The notes under the pieces were generated by a model. The model was not told the origin of the DNA, did not search any database, and worked only from the letters and a program-made list of their open reading frames with translations. From NCBI RefSeq assembly GCF_006345805.1, contig NC_043011.1, positions 48,992,464 through 49,056,463 of the forward strand: 64,000 nt of DNA. The letters run 5' to 3'. Of the stretch, positions 61,310-64,000 are shown piece by piece (the first letter of the stretch is position 1; each line of letters starts with the position of its first letter). The position numbers were made by a program, and so were the translations under genes. This DNA is from Octopus sinensis (taxonomy: Eukaryota).

Positions 61310-61330
61310 ATATATATATATATATATATA
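60590..61330. repeat. TA/CA microsatellite blocks (60590-60750 and 61025-61330)
   Basis: Visible repeats. Confidence 0.9.
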
Positions 61331-61768
61331 AATGACTCTTTCTAATTTTCTATAATATCCTTATTAGTATGATTGTTGTTGTTATTTGACTTAATATTTT
61401 GGTATTAGGATCTTGTTTTATTTGGACCTCCAAAAGTAATCAGTACACACTTAGTGAAGAGAGAAGGCTGATAAAAGAGAGAGATAGACAGACAGACAGT
61501 GAGTGAGTGAGTGGGTGAATGAGTGAGTGAGTGAGTGAGGGTGTGAGAGAGAGAGAGAGGATGTTGAAAAATCAATAATCGAAATACATAGATTGTTTAA
61601 ACAATCTTGACAGCAGTTATATGTTGATGAAGCATCTTTTCTGATATTTAGCTGATGAGGTCAGCATTATCTTTGTTGTCATTGATGATATTTTTGCTCT
61701 TGTTGTAATTGTTGTTGTGACTGTTGCTGTTGACAAATATATCCATCAGATGTAAATAATGTAAATAG

Positions 61769-62146
61769 AGTGGCCATGCTGGAGCACTGCCTTTTGTTGA
61801 GCAAATCAACCCCAAGACTTATTCTTTGGAAGCCTAGTACTTATTCTATCGGTCTCTTTTGCCGAACCACTTAGTTACGGGGACATAAACACACCAGCAT
61901 CGGTTGTCAAGCGATGTTGAGGGGACAAACACAGACACACAAACATATACACACACACATACATATATATATATACATATATATGACGGGCTTCTTTCAG
62001 TTTCCGTCTACTAAATCCACTCTCCAGGCTTTGGCTAACCTGAGGCTACAGTAGAAGACACTTGCTCAAGCCACCACACAGTGGGACTGAATCCGGAACC
62101 ATGTGGTTGGTAAGCAAGCTACTCATCACACAGCTACTCCTACGCC
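61769..62146 (-). mobile_element. SINE family A, near full length
   Basis: Family A motifs. Confidence 0.88.
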
Positions 62147-62208
62147 TGTAGCACTCCACTGCTGCTGCTGATATATCTTCATGACTTTTAGCATTATACT
62201 TCAACATG

Positions 62209-62550
62209 GTGAAGACACATGGCTCAGTGGTTAGAGCATCAGGTTCACTATTATGTGATAGTAAGTTCGATTCCTAGACAGGCCGTGTGTTGTGTTCTTG
62301 AGTAAGGCACTTTATTCCACATTGCTCCAATTCACTCAGCTGTAGAAATGAGTTGCAGCATCACTGGTGCCAAACTATTTCGACCTTCACCTTTCCCTTG
62401 GATGATATTGGTGGTATGGAGAGGGGTGGCCAGCTTGCCTTGCCAGCAGGGTGCATCTTTCAATGGCTAAAACAATGCAAATGTCATTGTGATCAGCGAT
62501 GTGTAATGCCATCTGATAGTCTGGTCTGTCATGTGATCACATGACATGTG
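62209..62550 (+). mobile_element. Chimeric SINE: family D head and CORE-like domain with tail G
   Basis: D body up to ggagaggggtggc, then aaaacaatgcaaatgtcattgtgatcagcgatgtgtaa...tgatagtctggtc as in 48017-48110. Confidence 0.8.
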
Positions 62551-62888
62551 ATATCTACATGAGATGCTTTCTCAAGACAAATAAAGTCGTGTTGTGGTGT
62601 TGTACAGTATATCCACATTATGTATGATATACAGAGTACTATTTTGAACGCATACAACTTAGATTTCTAATAATAAATTTTAGCGTTTGTTACAAAAATC
62701 TGATATAAATGACAACATATTTACAAATAACTTTGAATAAAATACTGTACTGTCAGCTGCTGTTCATCAGCAAGTATGTTTTGATGACATACAATAATTT
62801 AATTAATTGTTTTAGGTGCCTCTGTAGTCATGAACAGCCTCTCAGCCCTTCTATCCAGGACCCATTAGCATAGCCATGTTGTGACAGC

Positions 62889-63455
62889 CAGAAGGTTAGA
62901 GAGAGCTGCACCAGTATTTGGTTGTATTAATTTACAACTGAGTAGACAAGAATAGCTTTAAATGGAGTGCCTTGCTCAAGGATACAATATGCCACTTGGC
63001 CCAAGAATAGAACCTGTGATGTTATGATCATGAGTTGAACACCCTAACCACCAGGCCAAGTAACTTCACAGATATCACAAATATCTTTGTACATGGCAGT
63101 CACTTCGAAGTTAGAGGTTTTTATAAGAAGTTTAACTTATTAAACCCAGGCTTTGCAGTGTAAGATAATCATTTATTTATTGGCCACAGGGTCAACAGAA
63201 CAGAACATTAAACGGCATCGTTTCCATTCCATATCACCTAACTGTAATGACAGAAGGTGAGAGAGCTGCACCAATATTTGGTTGCACTAATTTACAACTG
63301 AGTAGACAAGAATAGCTTTAAATGGAGTGCCTTGCTCAAGGATACAATATGCCACATGGCCTAAGAATAGAACCTGTGATGTTATGATCATGAGCTGAAC
63401 ACCCTAACCACCAGGCCAAGTAACTTCACAGATATCACAAATATCTTTGTACATG
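62889..63455. repeat. About 205-bp direct duplication (62889-63095 and 63251-63455) containing an old CORE-SINE fragment
   Basis: Near-identical copies offset by about 360 bp. Confidence 0.9.
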
Positions 63456-64000
63456 TCATGAAAAGAGACAAAGTTTTCAAACAGACACAGACTAAAGGAT
63501 TGGGTAGATAATTAGAAATGAAAAAGAAAAAAGCAAATGAGCAGAATAATTAAGTTTTCCGGGGAATGAATAATAAAACTTTCCAACAAGTTTTAGGGTC
63601 GATTTTCAAAGAATAACAATGCAGAGACGAGCTCCGAGAAAATGCTTGAAGAACCGGCCTCTCAGAAATATATTGGATAAAATCTGATTACTATTCTGAT
63701 ACATTCCACTTTCTGTCATTTGAATGCTATACAGAATTTTGGTAAATTCAGTACAGTTTTTGACCTTTACAAACAGTAAAAGCGGTAGATGTCAGCATTG
63801 TCAGATAATTCAACGTGAGAAATATCTCAGACATCATTTGATTGTGTTAACCGTACCTGACTGCAGTTTATTATTGCAGTGTGTAAGAAAGAATGTGTCT
63901 ATATATGTGTATATATGTGTGTATGTATGTATGTATGTAAGTGCACATGGAAGTTTTCTGAAAGTGGTCCTTCAGCATTATATGAAATTTGCTTTGACTT

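Noticed and set aside
85-62300. tRNA-like sequences with A and B boxes
   Set aside because: All are SINE heads running into SINE bodies; I found no free-standing intact cloverleaf.

Overview
AT-rich, repeat-saturated eukaryotic DNA. The SINE families, (TA)n/(AAT)n/(GATA)n density and overall style suggest a coleoid cephalopod, probably Octopus (inference, not verified). No intact protein-coding gene is visible, and almost all ORFs in the supplied track are translated microsatellites. The window holds dozens of tRNA-derived SINE copies from at least four head/tail families (labels A-E below are my own), TTAA-flanked piggyBac-type MITEs, decayed Tc1/mariner elements, a Ty3/Gypsy integrase remnant, a probable R4/Dong LINE remnant and a Penelope-like (PLE) RT fragment. 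The main signal, read by hand: at least eight separate loci fold into minimal type I hammerhead ribozymes with short, mostly palindromic stem III sequences, in unrelated PLE-style repeats. These include a G3-C8 core-swap variant inside a near-perfect 289 bp palindrome and a near-canonical copy at 55946-55993. Also notable: a well-formed candidate recursive splice site on the minus strand (54343), candidate plus-strand microexons, modular SINE head/tail shuffling, and minisatellites born from SINE-like sequence. Family names come from motif recall, not database searches. Boundaries are approximate to a few bases.
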